Below are positions 37,716 to 51,500 of a stretch of 64,000 nt of DNA, in pieces (the stretch's first letter is position 1; each line of letters opens with the position of its first letter). The translations under genes and the position numbers were made by a program. The DNA comes from Phoronis australis (lineage: Eukaryota; Animalia; Phoronida): the NCBI GenBank assembly GCA_002633005.1, contig NMRA01000202.1, positions 40,195 to 104,194 of the forward strand, in the 5' to 3' direction. The notes beneath the pieces are model-generated. The model was not told the origin of the DNA. It did no database searches and saw only the letters and a list, made by a program, of their open reading frames with translations.

Positions 37716-38877
37716 TTTTACCCGACAAGCAACACGTCGCCGGCACAGGCGCTTGGGTTTATCGCAATTGACGTCACTCATAATATATAAGAAAACATAA
37801 AGGTTGGACACTCGAAATCTGTTTGCTCAGAATTTTCTACTCAAATGTACATGGAACTCCACGAAACTAGCATCGAACAACTCTTAGAATACTTTCTATC
37901 ATTCGATCTCTTCAAATTGCCTTCAAGTGGTAATTTGGCGACAAAAATACCAAAAGAATGCCAAAATCACAAATTCAAGGACCTAATTCCGTGATGTCAT
38001 GGCAGACGGTCATCGCACATCCGGGTTTTGACAGACGCTCCCGAGCTAAATCCGAAAGTCTAATTTCGCGCGGCTTTCGCCGTCAATCCATCGACTACTT
38101 GATCATGAGAAGCAGAGAGCACTTTATTGCCAAATAAATGTAATTACTCACATATTTGTGTCAAATATAAATTATCCTGATACTGTATTGATATGCGAAG
38201 TTTTTTGTGTATTGTGATTTCTTATGAAGGTTTTACTTTTGGCCAAAACCATTGAGTTAACTCGTCGGCCACAAGCATTGTAATACTTGCACGGACTGCG
38301 TTTCCTGGCCGAGTGTGTGTTGTGCTTCAATCAAAAAAGTGCGTGATGTCAAGATGAGAAACAAGATACGCCAGTTTATGTAATAAAATTCTAAGTTAAG
38401 GGCTAAAATGAGCCGTCAGTGGAATAAAGTTACAAATAATAATTAAAATACTAACTTTAACATTCTCAATTAGTTGAGTTTTGGATTAGAATTAATGAAT
38501 TTGAAATATAGGTTGCTTGCTCAAACTCGAAGTTTCACCTACGACAGGCGTACAAGTTGAAGCACAACTGAAATCCGCCATGTTTACTATTTCAGGTCCT
38601 TGAATCCAGAGTTTTGATATTGTTTCTGAAATTCCATCGCCAATTCACCACTCACGAAGACAGTTAATGGGATCTAGGAAAGATAAGGCTTCGAAGGTTT
38701 ATGCAACACCAGACTGAGGGAGGTGCACGCAGATTTTAGTTGGATTTTGGACGGTTGAAGTTGGGAGCCTCGGCTTGGCAAAGTTTAAGTGTCCAACCTT
38801 TATGTTTTCTTATATATATATTATTAAGTGACGTCATTTGCGATAAACCCAAGCGCCGGTGGTCGCCGGGTAAAACT
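37716..38877. mobile_element. ~1.15 kb element with ~100-bp imperfect terminal inverted repeats
   Basis: ggcgcttgggtttatcgcaa.tgacgtcact...aagaaaacataaaggttggacact at ~37748-37812 is inverted at ~38788-38858. No ORF inside. Confidence 0.65.
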
Positions 38878-39829
38878 TATTGTTTGTTAGTCGACATTAC
38901 GCAAGGGGGCGGAGCTTGCGATAGGTCAGTGACGCCAATAGCAGCGCATAAATAGCAATAATTAACGAACACGGTTAAATGTTCGAGCCTATTAATCAAT
39001 GAAGTGATTTCAAAGTGCAGTTAAACAAAAAAAATAACAATCGGACGGTAGGACCACGCATTCAAAAATGGTCCAACACAATATTACCTGTTCAAAATAT
39101 TGGTTTTTAAAGTGGCATAGAAAATGAAAAAAACTAATTTATATTATTCAAAGTGAAACAGGAGACGAACTGTTCACCAGTACTACAATGATCTACAATT
39201 ATAGTTCAACTCCGCGAAAATGATTATCGGTATAAAGTTTGTCATGTGACCAATACGCGTTTTTAAGTTTGTATACCCTAGCTAGATAGTTTTAACTGAA
39301 AACGGTCGCATGAATACAGCTTATGATCTATGGTGATGTGTATAAGAATGCCCAAGAATTACTATTTTATGCTAATAAATATGGAAAATCTGAGCATGCA
39401 CGTGTCTAAATATCATATCTGCTATCAGTTTTAAGAATGATGACTCGTAAGCGCACGAGAAAGCATTTTGGATATCAACTGATAGTTTTTCTCGCATGGA
39501 GGTCGCGACCCGCCATCGGTACACAACGTAGGACTAGAGCTTCGACAGCAATGTATGTGTCTGTGTTTGTAACTTATAGATTTGTTCTTCACTCACGAAG
39601 CAGAAATAGCTTTCCTTTGGGTACAATGCGTACTGTAGTGTCATGAAACACTGATTGAGAAAACTTCAATATGACTATAAGGACAGAATTGTTGCCTTTG
39701 CTATTTCCTCGCGTATTTCATTACTTTAATGTTGACCGTGTTAATTCGTTTATTTTTCGCAAACAGATGCACCAAGAAAAACAGACAAAGGCACAAGCAT
39801 TTTTAATACGCAAATGTTCGAAGCTCTAG

Positions 39830-42800
39830 ATGAGCGGAGACAGAAAGTATCGAGGTAAAGGACCCAAGAAAGTCTTTACAAAGGCCGTAGCGGGGTTGAC
39901 CGCATGTACAAAGGCGGGAGGCTCCAACCTGAGTCTTGACATACGAGCTGCAGAAAAAAGCAGCGAAGACAAGCACAAAGTCGAATTTATTTCCCGTGGA
40001 ACATCGTCTCACTTCATTGCTCAAAAACACCAACAAAGGGAAAAAGAACGCGACGTCTATGTCGAGGACAGGGTTGATTCTGAACAGTTGGGCGCGTCTC
40101 CCGAGCGCAAAGGTAAACACAAAGACAAGATTAGGCGAAATAAGAACAGAGAATTTGATGCTCTCCCAGCATCGCAACCCGACGTGAGGCAAAATAATGT
40201 ACGTTGTGGATATGAAAATGTACCGCGACATCTTCATCGACCTGACGAGTTTGCAAGGAATAAAAAAGATGTATTGCCCGAGAATACGTGCTCCGAAAAT
40301 CTCGGAAGAAATCAAAGAATTACCAAGATTGAAAGAAACCACCAAAAAAGTTCCCATGCACCCAATGATTCGGAAAAAATTCGAGATATCTGTCGCGAGG
40401 CTTTTGCAGAATACCTCAGCACGCTTGGTCAAAGGCGGAGTGACTTCAAATTGCCTACCAATTCAAGTAATTGTGTGACTTCAAAAGCTGACGAGACGCA
40501 ACAAAAACCATCGGTCGAAGAAAAATCGAAGCACTTGTTGAATAAATTACAACACGACTTTAAACAAGTAAAGACACAAGCAGAGGCCCCTAAGGGACTC
40601 ATGCGAAGAGATAGTAGAGATAATCTAGAGAAAATGTTGTCAAACATACAATCCCAGTTGTGTGACCTAAGCAAACAACTGTCTGACGCAGATCGTGAAA
40701 GTCACAATTTTGACGCGCCTTCACATAACAAACAGGAAGGCGAATCCGATAATACACAAATGAAGAGCAGACACTTAAGGTCTTTACCAAACATCAGCAG
40801 CCCGCCAACAAATCCTGATGAGCGCACTTCGTGTTACGCCAAATCCATGATACAAGCCGATCGAGGAAAAATGAACGATCCGAGTCTTTCGACCGAGCAA
40901 GTACGACGAGACAGTGTACACAAACAATTTTCGGAACTAAACGAGTCATATTCATCGACAAGGGAAAAGCCTAATCGGGAGTTCCTTGATCATTTAGACA
41001 ACAAAACATCTCAATCACGGCAGCTCGTACAGGGTGTATCATACATACCTTCACCAGATAGTTCGCCTCTAAAGAAGAGACAAAACGCATATGTGGACGA
41101 TCGTACCCAAGACGTTACGGAAACTTGGTCAAATTCGCCATCAGTGATGAACCAAGAACAATTCTCTGATGAAGACCAATGTCCTATTAAAATTTTCCCG
41201 TCCAATAGTAAAAGAGTTCCTCGGTTATCGATGGACCGCCTTGCGCAGTTCTCGAAAGAGGACATCAGAAATGAACTAAGAAGGAACGCAAAAAAATCTT
41301 CCATTTCTAATTCACACGAAAAGTACCAACTGGATAATAAAATAATACAGAATGAAACACTCGAGCAAGCGCAACACGAAAGAATTAACCTACCAAAAAC
41401 TGCGTGTTTAGCAAATGAAGGCTTTATTAGCAGGAACTCGTCTCATCAGTCTGTAAACGAACGAGAGGCAAATGTTGCACTTGTTTCAAAACTGTCGAGA
41501 GAGTTACTGGCGAAGTTCTCAAAGGAAGATATTCAGGAAAATTATAAACAAACGCTCAAATCACGTTCGCTTCAGGACAATTGCGAACCAGGCAAAAGCA
41601 CTTCTGGAAACTATGGAGTTCTCACTGAGAGCAACAGTTTTGACAGCCAATCAGACACAGACACGCCACGGAGTAGAAAGTTGACCGTGGACAGGATCAA
41701 GATGTTCACAAAAGTTGACGAAAATCACGATGGGTCATGGGAGTCAAAATTGGCTTTTCATAAAAGTATGGAGAGAAAGCGCCGCGATGATGATCTGAAA
41801 CACCCGCATGAAGTAAACGTCGATGAAACATACAGTACAACAAATACTGCAAGTCAGAATATCTCGCCACCAGATGACAATTTAGTGCGGAGTCGATTAC
41901 AGATGTTTGTAGAACGAGAGAGAGGGATTGAGAGCCGAGATGATCCTTTGGTTAAAGTAACTAAGCAGTCGAGGGAAGGGTCTGTTACAGAACATCGACG
42001 CGAGGACAGGACGTTCTCAAGTGAAAACACTTGTAATACTTACAGCAGTTCACGGATTAATGTATTTAGTGAAAACAAGCCAAGTGCACAGCCTGCAAAT
42101 CTGAACCAAAAATTACCACTAGTCTATTTTGATACCACGATGCGACAAAATATGCAATCGGAAAACAGTTGGGACTGCGCTGACAAGTATTCAGCCAGTG
42201 CTAAACATTCTTTGTCATTTGAGAACGATTTTGATGAGGCGGTTCACAGAAAAATTCTCAAGAAGATATATAAAAATCATTTAGAGCAGCGGAAAAAGGG
42301 CGACGTTTCGATTGGAACTGACGATGCCTTTCACGGCGTCCTGACAGAAGTGCCGAACTTCTCCGGAAACCTGCCCAACAAGGTTCCTATTCTAGAGAAT
42401 CAGCTTATTCAATCACCTTTCTATCAGCTACGTTTACATCCAGAGAACTGTCCAACAATAGATGAAGTTGAAGACGACGATGATGAATCGTCGCAGTCAA
42501 TGAGTGACATTGCAAAGACAAAACAATGGCTTAGCCAACGACAGTCTATGCCGTTCGCCAAAGTTGAGGAGAGTCTTATTCAAGAGCTTTGTGGCATGTT
42601 ACGTTCAGTAAGTCCAACAGGCGAAGTTTGTGTGACAAGTGAAACGTACAATGCTCATTCTGACACCTCGTCCAACGTCCTGTTTAAGAAATTACACGCC
42701 AGCCAACCCCAGTCAAGGAGAGGTGGGCGTTCAGAGGAAACCGTAAAAGAGACATACTCTCAAAACACAATACATTTACCTAAGCATTCCGACTCGCAGA

Positions 42801-44032
42801 AATCGGTTCAAAATGTGTTGAAGTTTGCTCCACCAGCACTAAGCACACACACGTCCATGGAAAGTATTATGTCTTTAAAAAGTCAGTCGCAGCGTCAACC
42901 GTCTGATCATCAGCAATGTCGTCAACAGGAATCACATCCCATGGCGTCAAAGGACGACAGTTCTTCTATTTGTGCAATATCAAATTCATCTTGTCTAACG
43001 AAACTGTCTCCCAAGACACCTGCAGGACAGGCCCGTCAAAGTAATGTTCAGGAACAACCAGGGACTGGAGTTGACGCTTCCCCTACCTTGCCGTTGTCAG
43101 AACGAGTGAAGAGGCTGCGGAAGACGCCCGTCACCGAACGCACAAATTCACCGCCAATTCGAAACAGTCGAGACCGTTTAATGAAAGAAATTCAGAACGT
43201 GCACACGTTTTTCTACCGAAAGGATGTCACTAAAAAGTCACCACCTCAAGGTAGCGAGAAACAACAACCAGTATTCAAACAGGAATGGGTAGGAAAAAAG
43301 AAATTATGGATGATGGTCGACTGCGAAGAAAGGAGGGTGACTGAAAATGTGAACAAGGACTCTACAAGTTTTGAACCTGAACAATGTACCGCCAAGGAAG
43401 GTCAACCGGTTTCTCCTGTTAAGAAAATTGGGAGAATGATATCGAATGATGCATTTAAAAATCCTTCGTCGAGCAACGCACAACTACAAGGCAAAAATGG
43501 GCCTGGAGCAGCCATCTTCTCCCCAATCGAAAAGGAAACGCCTTCTCCAGAAACTTCGCTTTTAGCTACCCCAACTCCTCTTCATTCAAGAATGGCGTTA
43601 GAAACAACTGCTAAAGGTCAGCCACAAAATACCAACCATGTCCAGAAAGAAGACCAAAAACCGATATCCAGATGTCACTCACCATGTAAGCAAACGATAA
43701 ATAGGTCTTGTGCCGACAATTTTCATCAGGCTGGGGTTGCTCAAGCTAATTCCATTAGCGTTGATATTGACGAGCTAACTTTCACGTACGAGCTAGTTAT
43801 CCCTATACTGGACCGCTTGACTGAGGAGATTTTCGCCAATATAATTAGCCGTAGTGTGCGCACAAAAAACGAGCTGAATAACGTTGTGCACATGCTAGAA
43901 CGCGTGGGAGAACAGGTACTCGACGGCATAAAGATGGATGTTATTCGACGGGCCAAGCACGACAACGTGGAAGACGTTACTACATTCCTGAGCAAAGAAG
44001 CCGCATTACTCATTCAAAATGCTTTAATTCAG
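39830..44032 (+). CDS. Giant coding exon of a large low-complexity protein of unknown function
   Basis: 1401 open codons, acceptor tttttcgcaaacag at 39766, donor CAG|GTAAGT at 44032 (phase 0). S/E/K/Q/R-rich, with a predicted helical segment at the C-terminal end. Confidence 0.85.
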
Positions 44033-44063
44033 GTAAGTTAAAAGACGGGCAAGACACTTAGGT

Positions 44064-44186
44064 AGAGTTTAATAACGCAAAGGCTTACGATAGGACCTCG
44101 CTGAAAAGCAAGACTTCGCCAGATTTCAAAATGAGAACACGCGATTCTGGCTGGATTTTTCTAGCCGTGAGACAGCTGCTGAACTC
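44064..44186. mobile_element. Degenerate copy of the ~120-bp MITE, in an intron
   Basis: taggacctcgctgaaaagcaagacttcg...aaatgagaacacgcgatt.tggctggatttt...ctgaactc. Confidence 0.65.
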
Positions 44187-44411
44187 GACCCAAATTGTTT
44201 TTAAGCCGAAAGTCGTCATAGAGAACAAATCAGATGTATTAACCGAGTGACCCGTCCATGTACACCCTTCATTATCGAATGTTTTGGCTTGTTTGAAACT
44301 TACAAATGAAATTAATTTTGGATTTTGTTAGTGTAGCCTGCTGAAACGTTTATCGCCGGTCCCATTCGAGTGTTGAACATTTGAAGCCGTCTAAGAATGT
44401 TCTATTTTTAG

Positions 44412-44873
44412 AATTGTCTGGAGACAAATCACTGGATTGGTGCGTTCATTCTCGACTACATGGATGGTTACGGATTCCTCGCGCTTGAGGAGCCGCTCGC
44501 GGGCCGCGTTGAAGGCCCCAGCAAAAATTCGAACGTGTCATCGAGTTTGACAGTACCGCGTGGGAATAAGCCTTCTACGTGCCACTCCGAGCACGTGACA
44601 GCTCCTTTTCCACGTCTTCGAAACGTCGAGAGAATCAGCAGTTGGCCTACACGCCTCGTTGAAAACCAGAAGCAAGGAAATGATTCAAAGGTACAGCCAG
44701 GCTCTATTAACATGTGCTCGAACGGAACTTACGTTGACGACCAATGCATGGCTGACGACGCAGGAGTTGTTTGCGGTAGGAAAGTGGGGCCATACCGAAA
44801 CAAAAAGCACGAACAAAGGGCAAATAGGACTTCGATTCCTGGTGAACCACTAAGTAATATTTACGCTCGATAG
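44412..44873 (+). CDS. Next coding exon of the large protein (possibly terminal)
   Basis: Acceptor tctatttttag at 44411; phase 0 continues in frame as NCLETNHWIGAFILDYMDGYGFLALEEP into ORF 44460-44873. An internal donor near 44854 cannot be excluded. Confidence 0.7.
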   Translation, partial: NCLETNHWIGAFILDYMDGYGFLALEEPLAGRVEGPSKNSNVSSSLTVPRGNKPSTCHSEHVTAPFPRLRNVERISSWPTRLVENQKQGNDSKVQPGSINMCSNGTYVDDQCMADDAGVVCGRKVGPYRNKKHEQRANRTSIPGEPLSNIYAR

Positions 44874-45199
44874 CAAAGAACTTGCGAATTGTAGATTTTG
44901 CAACATTCTGTCTCACTGCGCATGGGAATATTGTTGGAACTAAGAAACAATATGAAAACATTTGTATATAACTTCTCTTGTTTTGAGTTTAACCACAATT
45001 CAACAGGCCTAATACATTGACGAAAGTTGAAACGGACGGATGGGAAAAACATTTTTGAACAAAACTTTTGAGTCTCGATGAGTACTTGAGGAAAATGTTT
45101 TTTCCAGTTGAAGCAGATATAAACTCGTGTTCCATCGAGAAATTAACTTTTTATTCAGAAAACTGGTACTGCTTAAACTGGGTAAACCTCTTTTAGCTG

Positions 45200-45322
45200 T
45201 TGAACGCTAGGACCTCGCTAAGAAGCATGACTTTGCGAGATTACGTGAGATATTGCCGTGTAATTTAAATGAGAACACGTGATTTTGGCTAGATTTTAGC
45301 GAGGTCCTAGCGTTGCTGAACT
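45200..45322. mobile_element. ~120-bp MITE, family copy 3
   Basis: aacgctaggacctcgctaa...ttagcgaggtcctagcgtt; interior closely similar to the 33524 copy. Confidence 0.8.
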
Positions 45323-48141
45323 CTAACCAGGTCTCAGCGTGTTCCTTGCTCAGATAAAAGCTTTACGAAGAACTTAAATCATGTTAACGAATAGAATGTC
45401 ACGCCGTAACCAGTCAACTTGTACGATTAATCCCACCAAAAACGAGCTTACCAGCATCACCACGACAATGAGTGGTCTAAATCAAAATTTTGTTTTTGTT
45501 ACGGAAGGCTGTTTATAGCTGACGAGCAGCCAACATACAACTTTCGGAAAATGTTTCACGAGCAATTTTAATTAATTAAAATTAATTGGTATGTCGCACA
45601 CACCAAAGCGCACTAGACGATTTTTCAGTCCTAATCTGAAATAACTCGATCTCTGCGAAATTCGTTGGTGTTCCCGTGTATTTTGAAGTACATGTGGGTT
45701 GACGGAATTCGATCAGCTCCATTTCATGTGCTCAGTCCCCTCGGGCGTCCTTATTTAACAATGGGGTTTAAACAGTCTCCAATAAATTGTACCATGAATC
45801 CTAGAACTGTGCAGTTTCAAAATATACCTTCAAAGCATCACCTTAGTAATAGAAGTTTATCCCTGGAATGCCAACTTCGATCTTACGCCGCTGAGATTGC
45901 CCCGCGCATGTGTAGCATTTGTTTGTATTCGTTTGTTCCGTGTTGGTTATTCCTATGGAATTTACCGTCGCTAAAACTTTTCGCAACTTATGCCCTGCGA
46001 TGGGAATGAGCCTTCTTCGACGGGCCGAGTATAAGTTGTCTAAAATTTGGAACAGCCTCATCACGACACCACCTATTGTCCAATAACTTCGAAATATGGT
46101 TGCTGACGGAGAGGAGCCGAAACTATCAAGGTATTAATGCTCTTCTTTTCTGATTGTGAAAATAAGAAACAAGCGATTTTTTATCTATTGTGTAGGTTTG
46201 AGATGTACTGTGAATAGATCAGTGTAGGACTTTCCATAGGAGTTTGTAAATAAACTCAATCCCCATTTCTTCAGAAAGTACAATTAGTGATCCTGATACA
46301 TGCAGTGTGTTACAGTAAAAAAGACTTTGGAACACAATTTTGTTATGTTACAAAAGAAAGTGAACACTGGAAAATAACAACATTCATGGCATGCGTTCGA
46401 TAGAGAATGAAAAACTTGAGAATTGGGTTGAAAACGGGACTTCCGCATACATAGCGAGGCATCTCGTCCATCCCAAACGCAAGGGTTTAATGTTCACCGC
46501 AACGTACAAAAATGTCCCGACAGCGTCACACTCAAAAGCGTCTGACGGCATTTTTTGAGGTCCAATAAGCAATTGGAAGTGCCTCAAAATTGAGGAACCA
46601 CAGACATCACATAAGATGTCTATATGAGGGACTCTCAAAACCCATGAGCGGGAAAATAGTTGTATGTCGTGTGCCGGGAAATTACAGTAGTACATGATAA
46701 TAGTTCATTGTCGCTGTGTGTCAAAAAGTGGGACATTTTGATGATGTGGCGGCATTGCGAGAATTTTTTTAAAAGTGGGATAGTCCACCAAGAAGGGGAC
46801 AATTGACAAGTACAATGTACGCTGTTAGCAACACTAAGTACAAATACTGCAGATAACAGTCGGCACTGCTCAGAAATCGAATTTACAATATTGTACAAAT
46901 GAATAATTATAGAAACACTCAGCCTAAAAAAATGGGGGCCCGAACTTTTGAAAATTTGGACCATTTACTAAGATTCATGGGGTACTTTCATAGCTATGAA
47001 TTGTGCATTCGCCGAATTTTGGGTGCGCGCATGCTAGAGTTCTTGCCTTTTTAGTGGACTTTTGTATCGTTTTCTACTTTCTTCATTATTTTTGTTTCTC
47101 TGAGGAGGATCTTTTTTCCCACTTTGCCAAATGGGGGAAAGGGGGGGAGGGCTCATTCGAGCCAAAAAAAACCCTCCCCCCTCTGGGTGCGCGCATGATA
47201 CGTAAACACATATGTTAGTAGGGCCCTAAACTTTTCATTTACAATTGTGGAACAACTAGAAACCATAAGTCACTTCTTTCCGTAAGATACTGTAATGTGA
47301 TTTTAAAACCCCAAAAATGTCTAGTTGAAAAACTCCTAGCCTGTAGTTTGATAGGTTGTCAAAAATGGTTCTAAGACTAGAATTTTGCCGCAAAATCGCT
47401 GGTTGTCTAAAACCGTAGCTCAAGAGTCTAGCTTGATGAATAAAAATGTCGAAATGAAAACGAAGAAATGAAATTAAAAGTTGATTTCGTAACTACAGCA
47501 TTCGATCAAAACTCAGTCGATCAGACTGCTTGAAATTTACAGACGGATCAGGGATGACAGACTTTCAGTTCCTTGCTGTGTCAGACAGCGACACAAAATC
47601 AACGCCGCCTTCGGAATGCTTTTCTCTTCCAGACGTCACGGGAACTATCTGGCAAGCAATACGTTTCGGTCTTGTTTGAAAGCATCGCCAAACAGAAACA
47701 CCCCTCTGAAACTCAGCAGGGCAGTTTCTTCTGCCTGGAAAACTTAGGAGACAGCAGGACGGGGTGGGCGATTCCATTCCATCCCCCCGAATCAGGGAGT
47801 GAGATAGGCAAAGCTAGTGAGACAGCCAACAAAGATTCTCGCCTGAAGAGGAGATTTAAATGCAAACACACCAAGAGAAAAAGCTGCCGGCTTCTTCGGT
47901 TTCGATGGAACACTACCAGACGATTGATGTGTTCAATTCCAATAGACATACAGCCAACAGACTTTTATTTTTTCATTTGTTATTCCTTTAAAATATTCTA
48001 CTCATGACACGCTTGTTAATCAAAGCCTTTAACAAAGATAGCACCTTCTGACCCACAAGTCTCAACTAAGGCCACACTTCTGACCACTATCGCTACCACT
48101 AACTGCAGTAATAGGTATACAACTGTCTACCTCAACTCCTA

Positions 48142-48564
48142 CCGGGATTTTCCGTAGATAAGTCCACCCGATGAAACGCCCGTGGGCGTTTATTCGAAAA
48201 TTTTGCCAAATACACGCCCATGGGTGTTTAATTGGTATTACAACTTGTGGTGTCAAGTATCCAGACAGTGGGGCGTTTATATTGGAAATTTTCCTCTTAA
48301 AAGCCCACTGATCAGCGTCAATTTTTGTCACAAATTTTGTTTTGTGGAGCATTTATCATATATAAAAACGAACAAGGTGTTGGCAAACTATGCATTTATT
48401 AACAAAAAATTTAAAAACGCAAAATTAAGTAAAAGAATGTCAAAGTGAGCAAAACTATGACTTTTCCGAATAAACGCCCGGGCGTTTATTTGGTGTTGCT
48501 AAAACGCCTGAAAATTTTCAGTTTCTGAATGCACGCCCATGGGCTTATCTACTGAAATTCCCGG
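48142..48564. mobile_element. Tc1/mariner (pogo/Tigger-like) MITE
   Basis: TA|CCGGGATTTTCCGTAGATAAG...CTTATCTACTGAAATTCCCGG|TA, with internal AAACGCCC/GGGCGTTT palindromes. Confidence 0.75.
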
Positions 48565-51500
48565 TAGTAAAATAGTAGGATGGGGCATTCAATTGTGATA
48601 ACCCTGAACAGCAACAGGACATCAACAGCCTAGTAACGGCAATACAGAATTAAAATACCATCGTGGATTATGGTAACGTGTCATGCGGAAACCAACCGAA
48701 ACTGGTTCTCCATTTTCATAATGGACTGACTCGAAGTGCTCAAACAACCATGCATAGCTACTCGCTGGTCCCCTACGTGCCTAGCCAGCACGCTGGCTAC
48801 TGACCACCTAGCGGCACGCAGGGAACTAGCGAGGCACAACTAGGGTGTCCCAAAATGTACCTCCACTTTAAACAATTGTTGCATTGTTTATTGACTTAAG
48901 AACAACATTTCTCGTTTCAAACCTTAAATAGATAATCGAAAAAGAATTATTTTTTAAACCAAAATAAAGAATTCTTATTCATCTAGGAAGGCCAATTATC
49001 TGTTTTTGCACTTCGTTGACATTTTTGCAAGGCTACACGAACAACACCGCCGCAGCACTCATCATCACACACTTTCTCCCGGTTTGCGATAACTGGGCCT
49101 GGAACAATGGAAATTGTATTTCCACCCCAGCGTCAGTGGTGCAGCAGCATTGAAACATATGCTGACATCTGGACTATTTTTACGTTGTACAGTACCGAAA
49201 TAAAGAATTCTCTACTTTGTGGAAATGGAAATACTGCACACTCAAATAGGGCGCCAAGTGTAGTTTTACAGATGGGACGTGTCCCATGCCCTGTGAAGAA
49301 GTAAAAAACATTTACATTCCGATTACATTTATTACAAATATTTAACTTACAGTTACAAAGAATTTTAACGTTAACATGTAAAAATAGAACATACCACTTT
49401 AGAAAACATTGTACACACTTCAGTCGCAGACTTCACCGAGACTGTTCATTTGCTTCATAAAGTAAATTTGTTTGATGCCCTGTGGTGTTCCCTATTATAC
49501 AATTATTGCTATAAGACTCCCTCACCATTACTCCATCACCAGTAGTACCTCACAGGGGTGTAGCAAGGCGGTTATCAATCCTTAGTTGTACAACTTAGTT
49601 ACACGTGTGCCCTGAGCAAAGCTAAATAAACGAACGAAGCATTTGTTTGGCCCTGAACACGTGATGGAAAGCAACAATTTCAAACTGTAACTCAGGTCAT
49701 AGATTATTGATATTACAATTTTCTAATACACATGCCTGAATCGCCAATATGAAAACGCGGCCCTGCACTAAACAACAAAATTAGTTTCCGATCTAATCCA
49801 AGTCCTGTGATTAATATGTTTATGCTTTTTTATTGAAATTTCAATCGGCATCGAAAAACTAAAATTTTTCTAAAAGTAGAATTGACAACGGGAAATTTTT
49901 AAAACACCATGGGATTTCCAGGGGGTAATCAATTACCAATTTAGCACACAATATGGAGTTTTACTGAATTATATTTTGTCAAATTCCTTAGCAAATGTTA
50001 AATTTTAGTCTACTAATAGCTAATTTGTACTGTCAGTGTCATAAAACAACAATTGGTTTAACTACCCTTACCTGCTGCAGCAATGTTGAAAAATAAAACA
50101 ATGACAATTCAGGAGATTATTTATGCGCAACACAGCAGAAGAATTACCAGACTGCAGAATTTTGTCAACAGCAAAAATAAAAGTTTCACATGCACAACGG
50201 CTAGACGTTAAACGCTGTTAACACTATTATTGTTTAAATATGATTGTCAACAGTTTCAACAATGTTAACAAGTAAACTGCAAAAATAGCATATTTTTTAG
50301 CTTATAAACATCAATTTGTAAACACTCATAGCTTTATTCTTACCAGTTAATGTTTTTCCTGCCCATTTTGTAGTTGGACATGTGCTTAATAAATGACGCA
50401 CACTCTAGGGTTTCAGCCCATTCCCCATTTTCTCGAGTCTAAACCCACCTGGTGGAGAAAAGGTATACCCTTCTCAAACTTTAACAACCTTAAATAAAAC
50501 TGGCGTTTCTCTTAACACCTACTCTGTCCTAAGAAGAGCTACCACAAAGATGACTAAAAGCAAATCCCCAATTGGGAGGTAGAACTTCCATAGCCCCTCC
50601 AACAGGTTTCTTGCCCTATTCACTTTGGAGTTTCATAAAGCTGAACTGCCTATAAAACAGATTCTATGACCTCCACCCTGCCCTACAAACACAAGGTGGA
50701 CAGATGAAATATGTATTTTTTGTCTAAAATAAAGTACTTTCGAAGTAGGCACGTCGTTTTACTGGTGGTGGGAATTGAGATTTCTTTCAGAATCAATTAC
50801 TGGAAAATCTTTCTGATGAGAGGCAGGGATATTAGAGGCTAGATTCTGAAACGGTTTTGAGCTACATCACCAAAGAATATTGACAAGACCTCACCTGCAT
50901 TGGCAAGTACATGGAGGGGACTCATCAGCTCACATTCTGATAATGAGACTGGATGTTGTTTCCCTAGTGAACAACGGATGATCCTGCCTTGCCCAATCTA
51001 ATCAGGATTTGCTTGTGGTCAAAGAGACTTGAACCTATTTATTTGATTTTTAAAGACCATAACAGACAAAGATTTGTGCTCTGGGGAGAAAGCATCACCT
51101 TGCTTAAGTGATTTTTTATTTTTAGTTGTTTTGGAATCAATTTCAAGTGGATGTTTTTCTTTAGCAATGGTGCGGGCGACAAGAGGCCCAATCGTTGCAA
51201 CACTACTTTTGAAACACCCTGTTATTACCTTGTGAAAAATGGTGCACAGTCAGTCCATGATATCAGTCAACTACCTCTGTCTCGTAAGGCACCAGATAAT
51301 AAAAGTCAAAACAGCCACGGAATGCAAACGGTTTCTCAATATTGCTACAACGAAATAAATACTTCTTCTACCAGTTCCCTTCCAAAACCCACATAAACTG
51401 CATTCAGCACTGAATATAGAACACAGACAGGCAGGTGAGCACATCACACAAACCAATCAAATGGCAAATATTTACAAATAGCACAAATCGGAGAAAGCAA

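Noticed and set aside
39803-44013. Antisense and alternate-frame ORFs over the giant exon
   Set aside because: Shadow ORFs of the long plus-strand reading frame.
47543-48007. Additional exon of the large plus-strand gene
   Set aside because: It looks somewhat coding-like, but I could not link it in frame with a convincing donor/acceptor pair.
49555-49625. tRNA- or SINE-like head (ggggtgtagcaaggcggtt)
   Set aside because: No B box or cloverleaf.
50812-50855. Hammerhead-like CTGATGAG...GAAAC (also CTGATGAG at ~425)
   Set aside because: Stem II cannot form properly at 50.8 kb, and GAAA is absent at 425.
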